Origin: Nageia nagi
Taxonomy: Eukaryota > Plantae > Pinophyta
DNA: 64,000 nucleotides
Assembly (NCBI GenBank): GCA_050084985.1
Contig: JBITNC010000002.1
Span: 1,798,001 to 1,862,000, forward strand
Direction of reading: 5' to 3'
Shown here: in pieces, positions 37,901 through 47,957 of the stretch
How positions within the stretch are numbered: the stretch's first letter is position 1
Layout: each line of letters starts with the position of its first letter
Position numbers and translations under genes: made by a program
Notes under the pieces: generated by a model
Told to the model about the DNA's origin: nothing
The model's input: the letters and a program-made list of their open reading frames with translations, nothing else
The model's database searches: none

Positions 37901-40900
37901 GATACCAGTTGGATAGTATGCATCCATGCGTGGCAAGAATCCAATCGAGCAAGTTGTACGACAAGTACAAGCCACCATGGATGAGCATGATAGTGAGGTG
38001 TGTGAGAAATAGACATCAGGATCCCTCTTCGCCACCTAGACCACCTAGAGCTAGAAGAGTTGCATCGTCACCCATTGTTCCACCATCCAAGTCATCAGCT
38101 TCCAGTCCCTCATACCAACCTGATGAAAATCAACAAGGGGAGGTTGAAGAATCAGAAGATGAATAGGAAGTGAATGTGGCCAAGGATGAGGAGATCCCAG
38201 ATGCACAGCAGCAAGATGAGTCCGTGGAGATATTGGAAGAAACCCGTAAGCCAACAACACCAAAGCCATCCCCGAATAAAGGTAAGGAGCCAGTGTCGGA
38301 GACAATACAGAAGAGAGCTCGATTGAAGAGAACTCCGCAGTCACAGGCCATAGAAGCTTCAGGTGAACACAATGGGCAAGGAGAGAAATCCTCCAAGAGA
38401 CCGAAGAGAAGTATTGTTACAGTTTAGGAGGCCATTGTGGACACTTATCAGCCATCACCACGAATGAGTGGGGTGTTAACATGGAGGAATGTCTTGATGT
38501 ATTTAACATGAATGTCAAAGAGGAGTTTGAGGAGAAAGAGAAGAGTGATCATCATGGAGAAAGCTCTACTCGCCCAAGGAAGACCCAAACATATGTGCAT
38601 ATAGCTAATAATGCCATACACATCAAGACCATAATAGCTAATAAGGAGAATCCACAATGTCCTGAAGACCTTAGGCAAATCAACCAAATCATCAACACAG
38701 GTCCGATTGGTTTGGCTGGTTGAAAACATGCAATCATCTCCAACGCTGAGGCCATCACTAAGGATGGTATGATGAAAGACAAGGTGATCAAAAGCCTCAA
38801 GAAGGAGTTAACTGCACAGAAAAAGTTGACTAAAGACCTAGAATTGGCTAAGGTACCCACAAAGAAGCTCCAAAAGTTTAAACCGCTCAAGGAGGGTATG
38901 ATTGCAGTTAAACAAAAGGATATAGATGAGGTCTTCGCAGCAGTATAGCAATTTACTAGGGCATTAGAGAGGGTGGCATTTGAAGAGCAAAAACTCAAGG
39001 CAATCATCGTGGAGAGGACCAGTCTTCTCAGGATTTTAGATTCTAGACAGCCCATGATCATGCAGTTTGAGATAACACCGAATCGGAGGCCAGAAGATGT
39101 GAAGTTTTGTGAAGAATATTGGTTCTATTTGGGTGTAATTAACCAAATAAACACCCGATTCCAGGAGGTGCAAAAGGATGTTCAGAAGCGCAACGACAAG
39201 GCAAACACTTGTCTTGAGCAGATGGAGTTCCAAGTGAAGTTTCTCGACGATGATGCATCCATCCGAGACAAAGACCTTGTAGTGGCGGAAGTGAGACACT
39301 TCCTTCACAGTCTAATCATGATCGAGGATATCAACACCTTCTAGATTGGCAATCAATTGGAGCATTTGCTCAGAGCTCACACATGGGAAAAGGATATGCT
39401 CAAAATCATGGAGAAGGTAGAGCGCAGCGTGGTGAAGAATGGGTTGAAGCTCTCCGAGATGCTAAATGGATTGGAGCTTACAGCCAAATTCTTGGATGAC
39501 GACTTTGAGGGTCATGCTGAGGCGTTGGGCACACCAACCGCCTAGTCATATTATTTGTTTTTATTTTATTTCATAATTATTGTGGGAGACTTTAATTTAT
39601 TTGTTAATAAATTCCCAAGTTTGTGATGGATGAGGATTTGCTCCCACAAACTCGGATGATATCTTGTAATGCCATGTGGCATATTTTTGTTGAACTATGT
39701 TTTATTTCTTGGAAATTGCAATTAGGGTTAGGGCAACACTTAGGGTCGCTTCAAAAACTATATATAGACCATTTGGGCTCATTTGTAAAGGATCAGGCAT
39801 TTTTTGCAAATTGGAGTACTTACATAATCCTTTCAATCTTGCAAGTTTTCCCTTTTCGCAATTGTGACATAATTCCAAGAAATTGAAGTGAGCTTGTTTT
39901 CATTTGGAACTATGAAAGTGAATGAGTGTTACCATTTTATGCTATCTTGAGTATTTAGGACATTTTATAAACCTTGTTGGTGGCTAAAAGAATGCTTGTA
40001 TATCCTTTCGAAAGATTTCAAGAAGTGTTTGATTGTAAAGTTTCATAGTTTGCACATGGGATTAGTGTGTTCTAAGATGACTTGTGTATGTTGTTTAATA
40101 TAGGAACTTCACTCCACAAGTGAGTTCTACCCACATGATACCTTTATTATCCATTGCCTTAGCACCAAGCTCCTCTTGTTGAGATGTTCGTGTTGTCGCC
40201 TTTCGAGTTGGATTTGGGGTGCATGGAACCTATGCCAAACCCGCACAAGTTCAGTCTTAGAAGGTCATACTAATCGATGAGAACATTGCCCTAGAAGCTG
40301 AATTCATATATCATCGTCTTTTCACAACTCTTTTTCTTTATTTTCTATTTTTTGCATGGCTTTCACAACAAACCTTTTTCCCCCTTTTTTTTAAGAGAAC
40401 TATTCCTCGATTAGGGACCCTTCAAGTCCTTGATTAACAAATTTCATTTGAGTTGGTAACAGCTTCAAACATCTCCACTTTATCACCTGAGTGAACCCTT
40501 GCACCCTTCACTTTCAAATCTTTGAAGTAAAAGTCCTCATAGCAGGTTGGGGTCATGCCCTACCACTCAGGTGTTGGAGTCTTTCTACAAGCCTTGTGAT
40601 CCAATTTACCAATTAGCAAGGGTAGGAAAGAAAAAGCCCCCAACAAGTTACTACGATACAAGGGGCACTTGGTAAGACCAAACTACTTCATGAAAGACAT
40701 TCTACTCCAATGGGAGGCACTCAAGCTTCCTCCAGACTCATAAGAGAAACCAAAGGAAATCTCCTATAGGAAGACATTGAAAAGGATGCCAACGACTTTG
40801 TGGAAACCTATGATACTTGTCACCCACAAAAAGGAGAAACCATTAATTCTATTGATCTTATCCAACCACTTCCCATTCCTCCATATCTTGGTCCAACATT

Positions 40901-43900
40901 TTCATAGGTTTCATTGAAGGACTTCCAATTGATAGACTATAATCTTAGTAGTAGTTACAAGCTAATTAAGTATGCTCATAACCATTGTGTTGAACTTTTT
41001 ATCGAACAAGTGTCCCCAGTTCATGGGATGCCACACTTGGACATCATACACAGTAACCATTGTGTTGAATTTTTATCAAACAAATATCCCCAGTTCATGG
41101 GATGCCACACTTGGTCATCAAATCGTGACCCCACCTTCACTAACAAGTCCTAGTAGTAATTGTTCAAAAAACAAAGTATCCACTTGAAACACAACTCGAC
41201 CTATCAACACCAAACTAATGGTCAAACACAAGCCATTAATAAATGTCTTGAAACCTACCTCAAATGCTACAATTTTAACTACTAATCTCATTCGATATAG
41301 GACAACACTTCCTATCATTCCTCTCTTTCAAGATTGAAAGATTGGAATAAAAGAATTGCTTTATTACATTCCTTAAGAGATAGAACCAAAAAATAGAAAA
41401 AGGGTTATTGAAATAACATATATCTATAATTAACCACTAATGTATTATTATTCTAATGTACCCCCCCATAATACATTAGGTCTTCAAAGAATATGAGAGG
41501 AAGATCTAAAAGTATTCAAACTTTCCACAATCAAGAGATTTAGTGAAAGCATTTGCAACTTGTTCTTTTGTGGAAATGTAACAAAGTTGAATATTGCGTA
41601 ATAAAACATGGTCGCATATGAAGTGCACTTGTATCTCAATATGTTTTGGTACACTCATGAAAAACGGAATTGCAAACCAGTTTTAGTACACCTTGATTAT
41701 CGCAATGTAGAATAGTAGGTTGAATCGATGGTATTCCAATATTTGCCAAAATGTGACATAACCATAATGCCTCACAAAACATCTTAACAACACAATATTA
41801 TGACTCTATGGTAGATTTTGATGTGACAATTTGTTTCTTGCTACTCCAAGAAATCGGTCCAAATCCAAGGAAGAACACATATCCAATCATTGATCTTCTA
41901 TCATCCAAAGATCCTCCATAATTTGCATTAGTGTATCCAATCAAAAAGAACTTATCATCTTATTGTATTCCAGGCCATAACTATTAGTACCAAAATTATA
42001 TCTCGACACATGCTTACCCAATGTCCAATATGCTTTCAAGTTCATGAATAAACCTAAAAAGATAGCTAATAGCATAGCAAATTTTTGGTCTGGTATATGA
42101 AAGGTAAATAAACCCTCCAATCAACTGACGATAGAGAGTTGCATTTACCTATGGAGTATTATCATGGCATGACAAATGTAAACTAGGTTCAATAGGTATG
42201 ACCAGGGATTGGCTTTCTATCATCCTAAACTTCTCCAACAAACTCTTCATAAACTTCATTTTTAAATCAAATATGCAATCATGCATCTGCCAGACCTCCA
42301 ATCTGTGATGATCCAAAATGGACCTCAACTCAAAAATGCTCAATTTCAGCCAACAAACCTTGACATCAGATCTAGGGCATCAAACACAAGCCAACACACC
42401 CTCAAATATGCAATGTTAGGGTTAGGGCATCAATATTACACATTCATAACAGCAAGATGACAACATTTGATTATAACATGCAATATTCAATCTACAATAC
42501 ATCATAATGCCAACAATGATAAGTACAAGCATAAACAACAATAATGATCCAACACATGCACAAGATGAGTCAACACACCATAAGCACGAGATCCAATTGC
42601 CCTTGGCAGTATACAAATGATATGAAGCAATGCAATACAATACCAAGCCCTAGGTGGCAGTCGTTGGCCTCTCTAGAGACAACTAGGGCACACCAATGAA
42701 TATCCTCGATCACTGGAACAACAACGGAACCATGGGACATAAATGCTTCCTCAAAACTCGAATCCTCTCCACTGAAGGAGCCCTCCTTTGATTCTGGATA
42801 ACCAACTGAATGGTAGAAGCCATACCTCGGAATATCACCGGGTGGGTAAGGCGATGCGCCAATATCGTAGAAAGACAAGATCCCTCAGGCTTAATGCCCT
42901 CTAGACGCTGCGTCTACAACTGTTGCTTAGCACCGCTAAGATTTGAAGTTCTGTGGATGGTACAAGAGCATAATAATCAAGTATATCCAATAATGATGCT
43001 CCAGTGTCTATTTATACATTAGCTCTGTCACGATCTCACCTAGGAGTCATCACCTAGCTCATCTTATCCAACGTTGGCCTCCTAGGGGCTCGAAATACCC
43101 AACATGGGTGTTTCAAAGGTCATACATGCCAACGTGGGGGCCAAGGGTGCATTAAGTGCCAATGAGTGAGCTAAGGGGCGCCACGTATGCCCAAGTGGGT
43201 GAAGGGGGCAGACATGGGGTCTAGGAGTCATGTTGGGCCAACATGGGGGTATGGAAGCCTCCCCAAGCCTAGTGCAAGTATACAAGTGGTCGTCCAATGC
43301 CTCAATACACAAATAGACCTTGGGATTCCCACAATCATTATCAAGATCTCCAAGCATGACAAACACTCCTAATCTAACCTTAGGAGGGAGACGTCCCGCT
43401 TGGGGCTCACAGTGGGGTCCATTGACCCATTAAGTCTCCTATCCTAAGTTACAATCATAAAGAGCAATACATAAAGAAAGTATATTCCAAGTAGATCCTT
43501 TTGGACCCCACAACTAATTACATTTGGACAAGGGGTACATCACACAATCCAAGGCGATAATGAAGTAAACCAAAATCAATCATGTCGAATGATTTCTTGA
43601 GGTCATCCTTAAAAGATAAGAATAACTCCTCAGTATTACTCGAGATGAACAAATCATTGACATACACAACCACAATGGCCATCTCCCTCCATGTTGTTGA
43701 AGGTAAAGATTAGGATCATAAGGACTCCTAACAAAGCCGATAGTAAATGCTCATCAATCTTAATGTACCAAGCTCTTGGAGCTTGTTTTAAGCCATACAA
43801 AGACTTTATCAATCTACACACTTTTCCTTTGCCTGGATCAACAACAAATCCTTTAAGCTGATGCATGTAGACTTCTTCCTCCAAATCTTTGTTCAAGAAT

Positions 43901-46900
43901 GCACTCTTCACATCCATTTGATATACTTTTTAGCCAAATTGTGCAGCCATTGCAAAAGCAACCCTAATGATATTCATCTTGGCTTTGAGAACAAATGGCT
44001 CCTTGTAATCTATGACTTCCTCTTGGGCATATCCCTTTGCAACTAGTCGGATCTTGTGTTTGTCGAGGGTTCCACCTGCTTTATACATTGTCTTGAACAC
44101 CCATTTGCATCCAATAGCCTTCTTCCTTGGTGGAAGATCTACCAACTCCCATGTGCCACTTCTCATTAAGGCATCATACTCAACCTTCATGGTTGATATC
44201 CAATGTGATAAATCAAGGGCCTCACAAACTGCCTCAGGTTCATAACTATTCACCACCATGCTCCTTAATGCTAGTTTCCCTTCCTCTTGAGTCATGCTAC
44301 ATGTCCTTAGTCTAGAAGTAAAAATGTATGGTAAAGCACTCAAATGTGTATCCTACAGTGTCTTCTTATTCCAAGTTGGTCGATTGGAGTGATCAAGTGC
44401 AAACACATAACAGGATCTACTCCTCTCTCAATATCTTCATCATTATGAGTGATGACAGGATCACTATCAGCAACAGGTTTTGTTGCAAGTGGACTAATTG
44501 GAGAATCTCATCAAAGATAACATCTCTACTCGCATATATCTTCTAAATAGTAGGATACATGAGCATGTAGCCTTTAGATTGGCTTCTATAAACAAGAAGA
44601 ATGCACCTCAAGGACTTGTCTTCCAACTTCGTTTGTTGCTCTTTGGGAATGTGCATGTAAGTCATGCAACTAAATACTCAAAAATGACAAATAGATGGTT
44701 TCACCCCTAACCATGCTTTTGCAAAAGTTATCCCCTCAAGAGCATTAGTAAGTGCTCTATTCAACAAATATACTACAATCCTAACAGCTTCATCCCAAAA
44801 AGTAAAATGCAACTTTGCATCCTTCAACATACTCTTCACCATTTCTACAATGATACGATTTCATCATTTAGCAACTCCATTTTTTTGTTGTATGATGTGG
44901 TCAACTACTGTCGAATCTCATTCTCTTTAAAGAATGCAAAACAACCCATTTGATGTATACTCTCCCCCTTGATCTGAACAAAATACATGGATTTGACGGC
45001 TAGCTCCACACGAGCCTTAAACTCCTTAACATAGTCAAAGGTCATTGACTTTACTTTGAAGCAATACATCCACATCTTTGGGAAGTAATCTTCAGCAAAA
45101 AATAGGGAATTTGATAAAGAATGTGGTTGGCTTTAATGGGGCCACACAAATCGGAATAAATCACATCAAGTCCCTCAACACAATGGGTACTATTCTCAAA
45201 AGGTACCCTATGTTATTTTCCTATAATGCAAGAAGAACAAACAGGTGTAGGAGAAGTAAGAGAGGGAAGACCATGGACCATCTTCTTCCGCTGCAAGGTT
45301 ATCAGGTAGTTCGAATTCATGTGTCCATATCTTTGGTGCCAAAAAATGGTGGCATTTGAAACATTAACAATGAGTGTCTGATTGTTGGAAGCCACAACAT
45401 CAAGTAGGCACATCTTTCCAACTCCTATCGCTCAAGTCAGAATCTGAAAGTCTTTGGATTTGTCTTGAACGAGACAATGTTTCTTCCCATCCAAAGCATC
45501 AAACTCTAAGGTTGTGATCCAACATTTGATTGACAAACAAGAGATTTGTTTTTAGTCCTATAACATATAAGACCTCCTTATTTGCTTCCCAAAATAGATT
45601 TCCATATCTCCTTTCCCCTTAATGGCATAGGGTGTGTCATCTCCCAATTGTACTTGACCACGATAGGATTTTTCATCCAAAGAAACTAATCAATCTTTCT
45701 AACCAATAATGTGCTTGGTAGCACTAGAATGCACATACCAAGTGGTGGTTATGGATGGTTACTCTTAATGGACAAGAGAAAAATCTTCTATCTCCTCTTC
45801 TTCTTCAACATTAGCAACATTCCCATGTTGTTGTCCTTGTGGTCTTCAATTTCTCCATTCTCCTTTGTTCTTGGAAGAAGATCCTTTATGTTTTTTATTA
45901 TTATCACTTAAAGAACCCTGAGCAAAAGAATTGTATCAACAATCTTGCATTTCATAACCCTTCTTTCTGCAAATCAAGCAACTCTTTTACAGTGTGTTGG
46001 TGTTTTGTGATTTGTCGTTTCCCTTGTGTTGCTTCTTGCCTTTCTGAGTGGACACCATGGCATGGTCTTCTTCATTCAAATTCTCATGGAAGGCCTCTTC
46101 TTGTTGCAACATATTCACCAACTCTTCAAAGCCTGAATTATGTTCAGTGATGTTCAAGGATGTCACAAAGATGCGATACGACTCTGAGAGTGCTCTCAAG
46201 ACAATAGGTACAAGGACCTTATCTTCCACTATCTCTCCTATGGCTTGTAGGGAGGCACAAAGTTCCACAACTCAATGAAGAAAAGATTCCAACTTCTCCG
46301 CACCTTTCAGCTTTAAAATGTGTAATTGTCCTTGAAGATGACTATGATTTTAATTCTTTGATTCAAACAATTGTTGCAATTTCTTCCAGACTTCAATAAA
46401 ATCCTTGGAATCACGAACATGGGGTTGGACATCATCCGATATTCTAAGAAGAAGGATCATACGCATCTTTCTATTGTGTTGATCAAACTCTTTTTATGGA
46501 TCTCCAGCAATTTTTAAACATATCTCAGTCCAATCAACAATGTCCAACAAGGCCACAAGCCTTCAAATTCAAGAAGTGATGACCCCATTCTGAATTATCA
46601 AGAAATGTTGGCCATAAAAGGTCATCTTTGTACAGGTTGATTTGAGAAGATTGACACAACTTTTACAAACTGTCAATATATCTCCTATTTGATTGTCTTA
46701 TTGATCATCTTCTCATCTAGTATGACATGAGGAGAAGCATTGGTCAATCTTTGAAGGGAGGAAGTCCAACTATGGAGATACCAATAGACTGAAGAAGACT
46801 GTTGGCCTCGTAAAAGCTACCCTCAATATCGTCCATCGGGACTGCTCAAAATAAATCATTTAGACCAAGGATTATATATGGGTATATCGCCCTACTTAAC

Positions 46901-47331
46901 ATCCAGTCACCAATGGGCCTCAATCTATGGAGATGAAAGATGAGATTGAAAATGCTCTATAATCTGAGATGCTTACCAAAAAACTCGACCTGAATTATAG
47001 AGTTATGGAATTCTCATCTTCCAATAAATTGAACGTTAGAGGAGCATTTGAATCCACTCAATTGATTAATTTGTGTGCCCTAAAGTTGGTCCCCCAAACC
47101 TTGGAGCAAAAAAGGACTATAAATTACTATCAAATAGGTGCATCTCTGCGGAGACATCCAAGAAATGTATATGAAAACACGAGTTTCAAAGTATGAGGAG
47201 GAACAACAAAACCCCGCGTCAATTGAGAAGACAGGCTATCAGATAAGAAGGCAGAGGATTGATGCAAATTCGTGGAAATAGAATATAATAATACCTGAGG
47301 AAGAACTGACGGGTGTTAGCTCCCACACCAT
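1891..47331 (-). CDS. NBS1: Nibrin / NBS1 homolog (MRN complex), complete 14-exon CDS, 1797 nt, 598 aa. Exons: 47331-47295, 14630-14577, 12692-12431, 12273-12188, 11966-11836, 9234-9185, 8993-8873, 8793-8707, 8012-7829, 7717-7632, 7496-7029, 2422-2361, 2179-2080, 1959-1891
   Basis: All 13 introns are GT-AG and the phases join into one open frame. N-terminus [52 protein letters not shown] (FHA); [15 protein letters not shown] (BRCT); NFKCFRRK (MRE11-binding); [16 protein letters not shown] (C-terminal ATM-binding-type motif). Matches plant NBS1 as I recall it. Confidence 0.96.
2080..2179 (-). CDS. NBS1: NBS1 exon 13
   Basis: [27 protein letters not shown]. Confidence 0.94.
2361..2422 (-). CDS. 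NBS1: NBS1 exon 12
   Basis: [17 protein letters not shown]. Confidence 0.93.
2780..4560 (+). mobile_element. Decayed Ty3/Gypsy fragment (RT/RNase H remnants) in NBS1 intron 11
   Basis: ~3186-3360 translates [46 protein letters not shown]; internal tandem duplications at 3925-4280; boundaries approximate. Confidence 0.8.
5150..6880 (+). mobile_element. Decayed L1-type LINE 3' fragment in NBS1 intron 11
   Basis: ~5890-5965 reads [22 protein letters not shown], typical of the plant L1 ORF2 C-terminus; boundaries approximate. Confidence 0.55.
7029..7496 (-). CDS. NBS1: NBS1 exon 11
   Basis: Within ORF 7008..7520; [19 protein letters not shown]. Confidence 0.93.
7632..7717 (-). CDS. NBS1: NBS1 exon 10
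   Basis: [16 protein letters not shown] (conserved TxETxVADS motif). Confidence 0.9.
7829..8012 (-). CDS. NBS1: NBS1 exon 9
   Basis: [29 protein letters not shown]. Confidence 0.88.
8234..8514. mobile_element. MITE-like element (possibly hAT-derived) in NBS1 intron 8
   Basis: Ends catagtt.../...gagtttgacaaccatg; repeated aaaactc(g/a) subterminal motifs; flanking 8-mers only partly match (tgtatgat / tgtaatac). Confidence 0.5.
8707..8793 (-). CDS. NBS1: NBS1 exon 8
   Basis: [21 protein letters not shown]|gtagct. Confidence 0.9.
8873..8993 (-). CDS. NBS1: NBS1 exon 7
   Basis: [21 protein letters not shown]. Confidence 0.92.
9185..9234 (-). CDS. NBS1: NBS1 exon 6
   Basis: [16 protein letters not shown]; 50 nt; supplies the phase-2 join needed by exon 7. 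Confidence 0.85.
9800..11287. mobile_element. Probable LTR remnant with an AT-rich degenerate tandem block (10680-10810)
   Basis: Ends in ggacattcaca; repeated aattcaa/aataat units; no TSD found. Confidence 0.3.
11836..11966 (-). CDS. NBS1: NBS1 exon 5 (BRCT)
   Basis: [32 protein letters not shown]|gtaagt. Confidence 0.94.
12188..12273 (-). CDS. NBS1: NBS1 exon 4
   Basis: [15 protein letters not shown]; canonical splice sites; phases 2/1. Confidence 0.92.
12431..12692 (-). CDS. NBS1: NBS1 exon 3 (FHA core)
   Basis: Within ORF 12427..12711; [26 protein letters not shown]. Confidence 0.96.
14577..14630 (-). CDS. NBS1: NBS1 exon 2 ([17 protein letters not shown])
   Basis: cag|...|gtatga; FHA 'YKVGRK'. 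Confidence 0.93.
19280..19765. repeat. Degenerate minisatellite (cat ctc cac / gac ct units)
   Basis: Many imperfect copies of (c/t)tacatctccac(g/a)acc; produces the His/Leu-rich ORF 19308..19658. Confidence 0.8.
20260..21866 (+). mobile_element. LINE-derived element retaining only an ORF1-like reading frame plus the family 3' tail
   Basis: ORFs 20492..20683 and 20693..20932 read through stops to [29 protein letters not shown] (LINE ORF1 RRM/CTD-like); 3' end 21811-21866 matches 23136-23195; 5' boundary approximate. Confidence 0.6.
22170..22402. repeat. ~232-bp dispersed repeat, copy 1
   Basis: Aligns end to end with 25071-25302 (tggatcagaacttagagaag...gt(c/t)atacc), roughly 90% identical by eye. 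Confidence 0.9.
22411..23195 (+). mobile_element. 5'-truncated LINE: ORF2 C-terminal CCHC region plus 3' UTR/tail (RTEX/CR1-group-like)
   Basis: [12 protein letters not shown] / [33 protein letters not shown]; ends aacattaat..(tttc)n. Confidence 0.7.
23402..24510 (+). mobile_element. Solo LTR (1109 bp)
   Basis: TGTAAC...GTTACA termini; perfect TSD TTTAT (23397-23401 / 24511-24515); TATA-like gtataag followed by ggctcatttg. Confidence 0.92.
25071..25302. repeat. ~232-bp dispersed repeat, copy 2
   Basis: Direct repeat of 22170-22402. Confidence 0.9.
26892..31915 (+). mobile_element. 5.0-kb solo-LTR-like element with an internal non-gag/pol ORF (element A), inserted into the Gypsy 5' LTR
   Basis: TGTTG...CAACG ends; perfect TSD AGTAT (26887-26891 / 31916-31920); no terminal direct repeat seen; decayed ORF 28575-30544. 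Confidence 0.85.
28575..30544 (+). pseudogene. Decayed TE accessory ORF inside element A, with an internal deletion relative to element B
   Basis: ORF pieces 28575..29045, 29139..29498, 29529..29822, 29850..30080, 30038..30235, 30275..30544; N-terminus aligns with 36328-36900. Confidence 0.75.
35040..35990. repeat. Array of about 8 imperfect ~45-bp palindromes
   Basis: Consensus GCGCATGNTTCAAAAAG(A/T)CA..TTG(T/A)CTTTTTGAANCATGCGC at ~35044, 35155, 35266, 35365, 35510, 35656, 35727, 35941. Confidence 0.85.
36328..39545 (+). pseudogene. Decayed TE accessory ORF (~1070 codons): globular N-half, S/P/E-rich linker, coiled-coil-like C-terminus
   Basis: Consecutive + strand ORFs from 36328..36759 to 39357..39545, broken by single stops/frameshifts; contains [25 protein letters not shown]; no gag/PR/RT/IN motifs seen. 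Confidence 0.8.
41335..46620 (-). mobile_element. Decayed Ty1/Copia retrotransposon (gag-PR-IN-RT-RH), 5' LTR not recognised
   Basis: gag [16 protein letters not shown]; GAG-pre-integrase [17 protein letters not shown]; [24 protein letters not shown] and [22 protein letters not shown]; RNase H ISWSSKKQ and [11 protein letters not shown]; G7 PPT at 41461-41467. Confidence 0.92.
42304..43544 (-). mobile_element. Solo LTR (1241 bp) inserted in the Copia RT; related to 23402-24510, opposite orientation
   Basis: TGTGATG...CATCACA termini; perfect TSD CAATC; shares reverse-complement blocks (ggaccccactgtgagc, gattgtgggaatcccaag, attttggatc) with 23402-24510. Confidence 0.92.
47295..47331 (-). CDS. 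NBS1: NBS1 coding exon 1 ([13 protein letters not shown])
   Basis: ATG at 47331-47329; donor G|gtatt; MVW.L.PV start typical of plant NBS1; phase 1 matches exon 2. Confidence 0.9.
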
Positions 47332-47714
47332 GGTTGGTATCTCCTCGCCCAAAATCTCTTCCTCCCGCTACACTTACAAATGGTTGCGAGCTTATTACAG
47401 AAATTGGTTTTTAAAAACTAGAACTGTGTACAAACTGTACAATGTTATGTGTTCTAGAGTTTACTATTTGTATTATGTATTACATTTTTTATATTTATTT
47501 AATATTTGTAATTATATATATATAATATTAAAATAGATGTAAATAGGTACATTATTTTCCTTAATAATGAAGGATATATTTTATCTTTAAATATGTAAAT
47601 GTCAATTTATTATATAAAATTTATAGTATTATAATTATTAATAGTATTGTGGTCGATTGCATAAATTTATTAGGGTATTTAGATATTTATTAAGGTTTAG
47701 AATTGAACAATAGT

Positions 47715-47957
47715 TTATGGTGATAATGTTGTAATGATATTATGTAGTGAAATGTAATGATGGTTATGAGGATGATAAAGTGAAATGTAATGATGATTAT
47801 AGTGAAATACGATGATGACTATGACTTGTATGGATAAATGTAATGATGATTTACTTATGATTTTGAAGATGATGTAATATTGAAATGAAATGTAGCAATG
47901 ATTATGGTCAAATGTAACGATGATTATGAATTATGAGTATGAAACTGATGATTATAG
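47715..47957. repeat. AT-rich minisatellite (gaaatgtaatgatgattat-like units)
   Basis: About 8 imperfect copies. Confidence 0.75.

Larger units (their letters stand above)
34739..40645 (+). mobile_element. 5.9-kb solo-LTR-like element with an internal ~1070-codon non-gag/pol ORF (element B), inserted into Gypsy pol
   Basis: TTTTG...CAACA ends; TSD GGTTA / AGTTA (34734-34738 / 40646-40650); removing it restores the host frame [13 protein letters not shown]; termini resemble element A (gaccctca near the 5' end, ggaaagaaaaa...caac at the 3' end). Confidence 0.85.
26665..41320 (+). mobile_element. Decayed Ty3/Gypsy retrotransposon: 5' LTR 26665-32234 (interrupted), PBS, gag, protease, integrase; RT/RNase H deleted; 3' LTR not seen; hosts two large insertions
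   Basis: PBS tgatatcaaagc at 32237-32248 (tRNA-Met TGGTATCAGAGC, 2 mismatches); gag [25 protein letters not shown] (~33280-33540); protease [10 protein letters not shown] (~34150); integrase [13 protein letters not shown] split by the insertion at 34739, then [14 protein letters not shown] (~40850-40930). Confidence 0.88.

Noticed and set aside
47335-47420. E2F or SOG1 sites in the NBS1 promoter
   Set aside because: Only near-matches were found (ttttgggcg on minus; CTT-N7-AAA rather than AAG).
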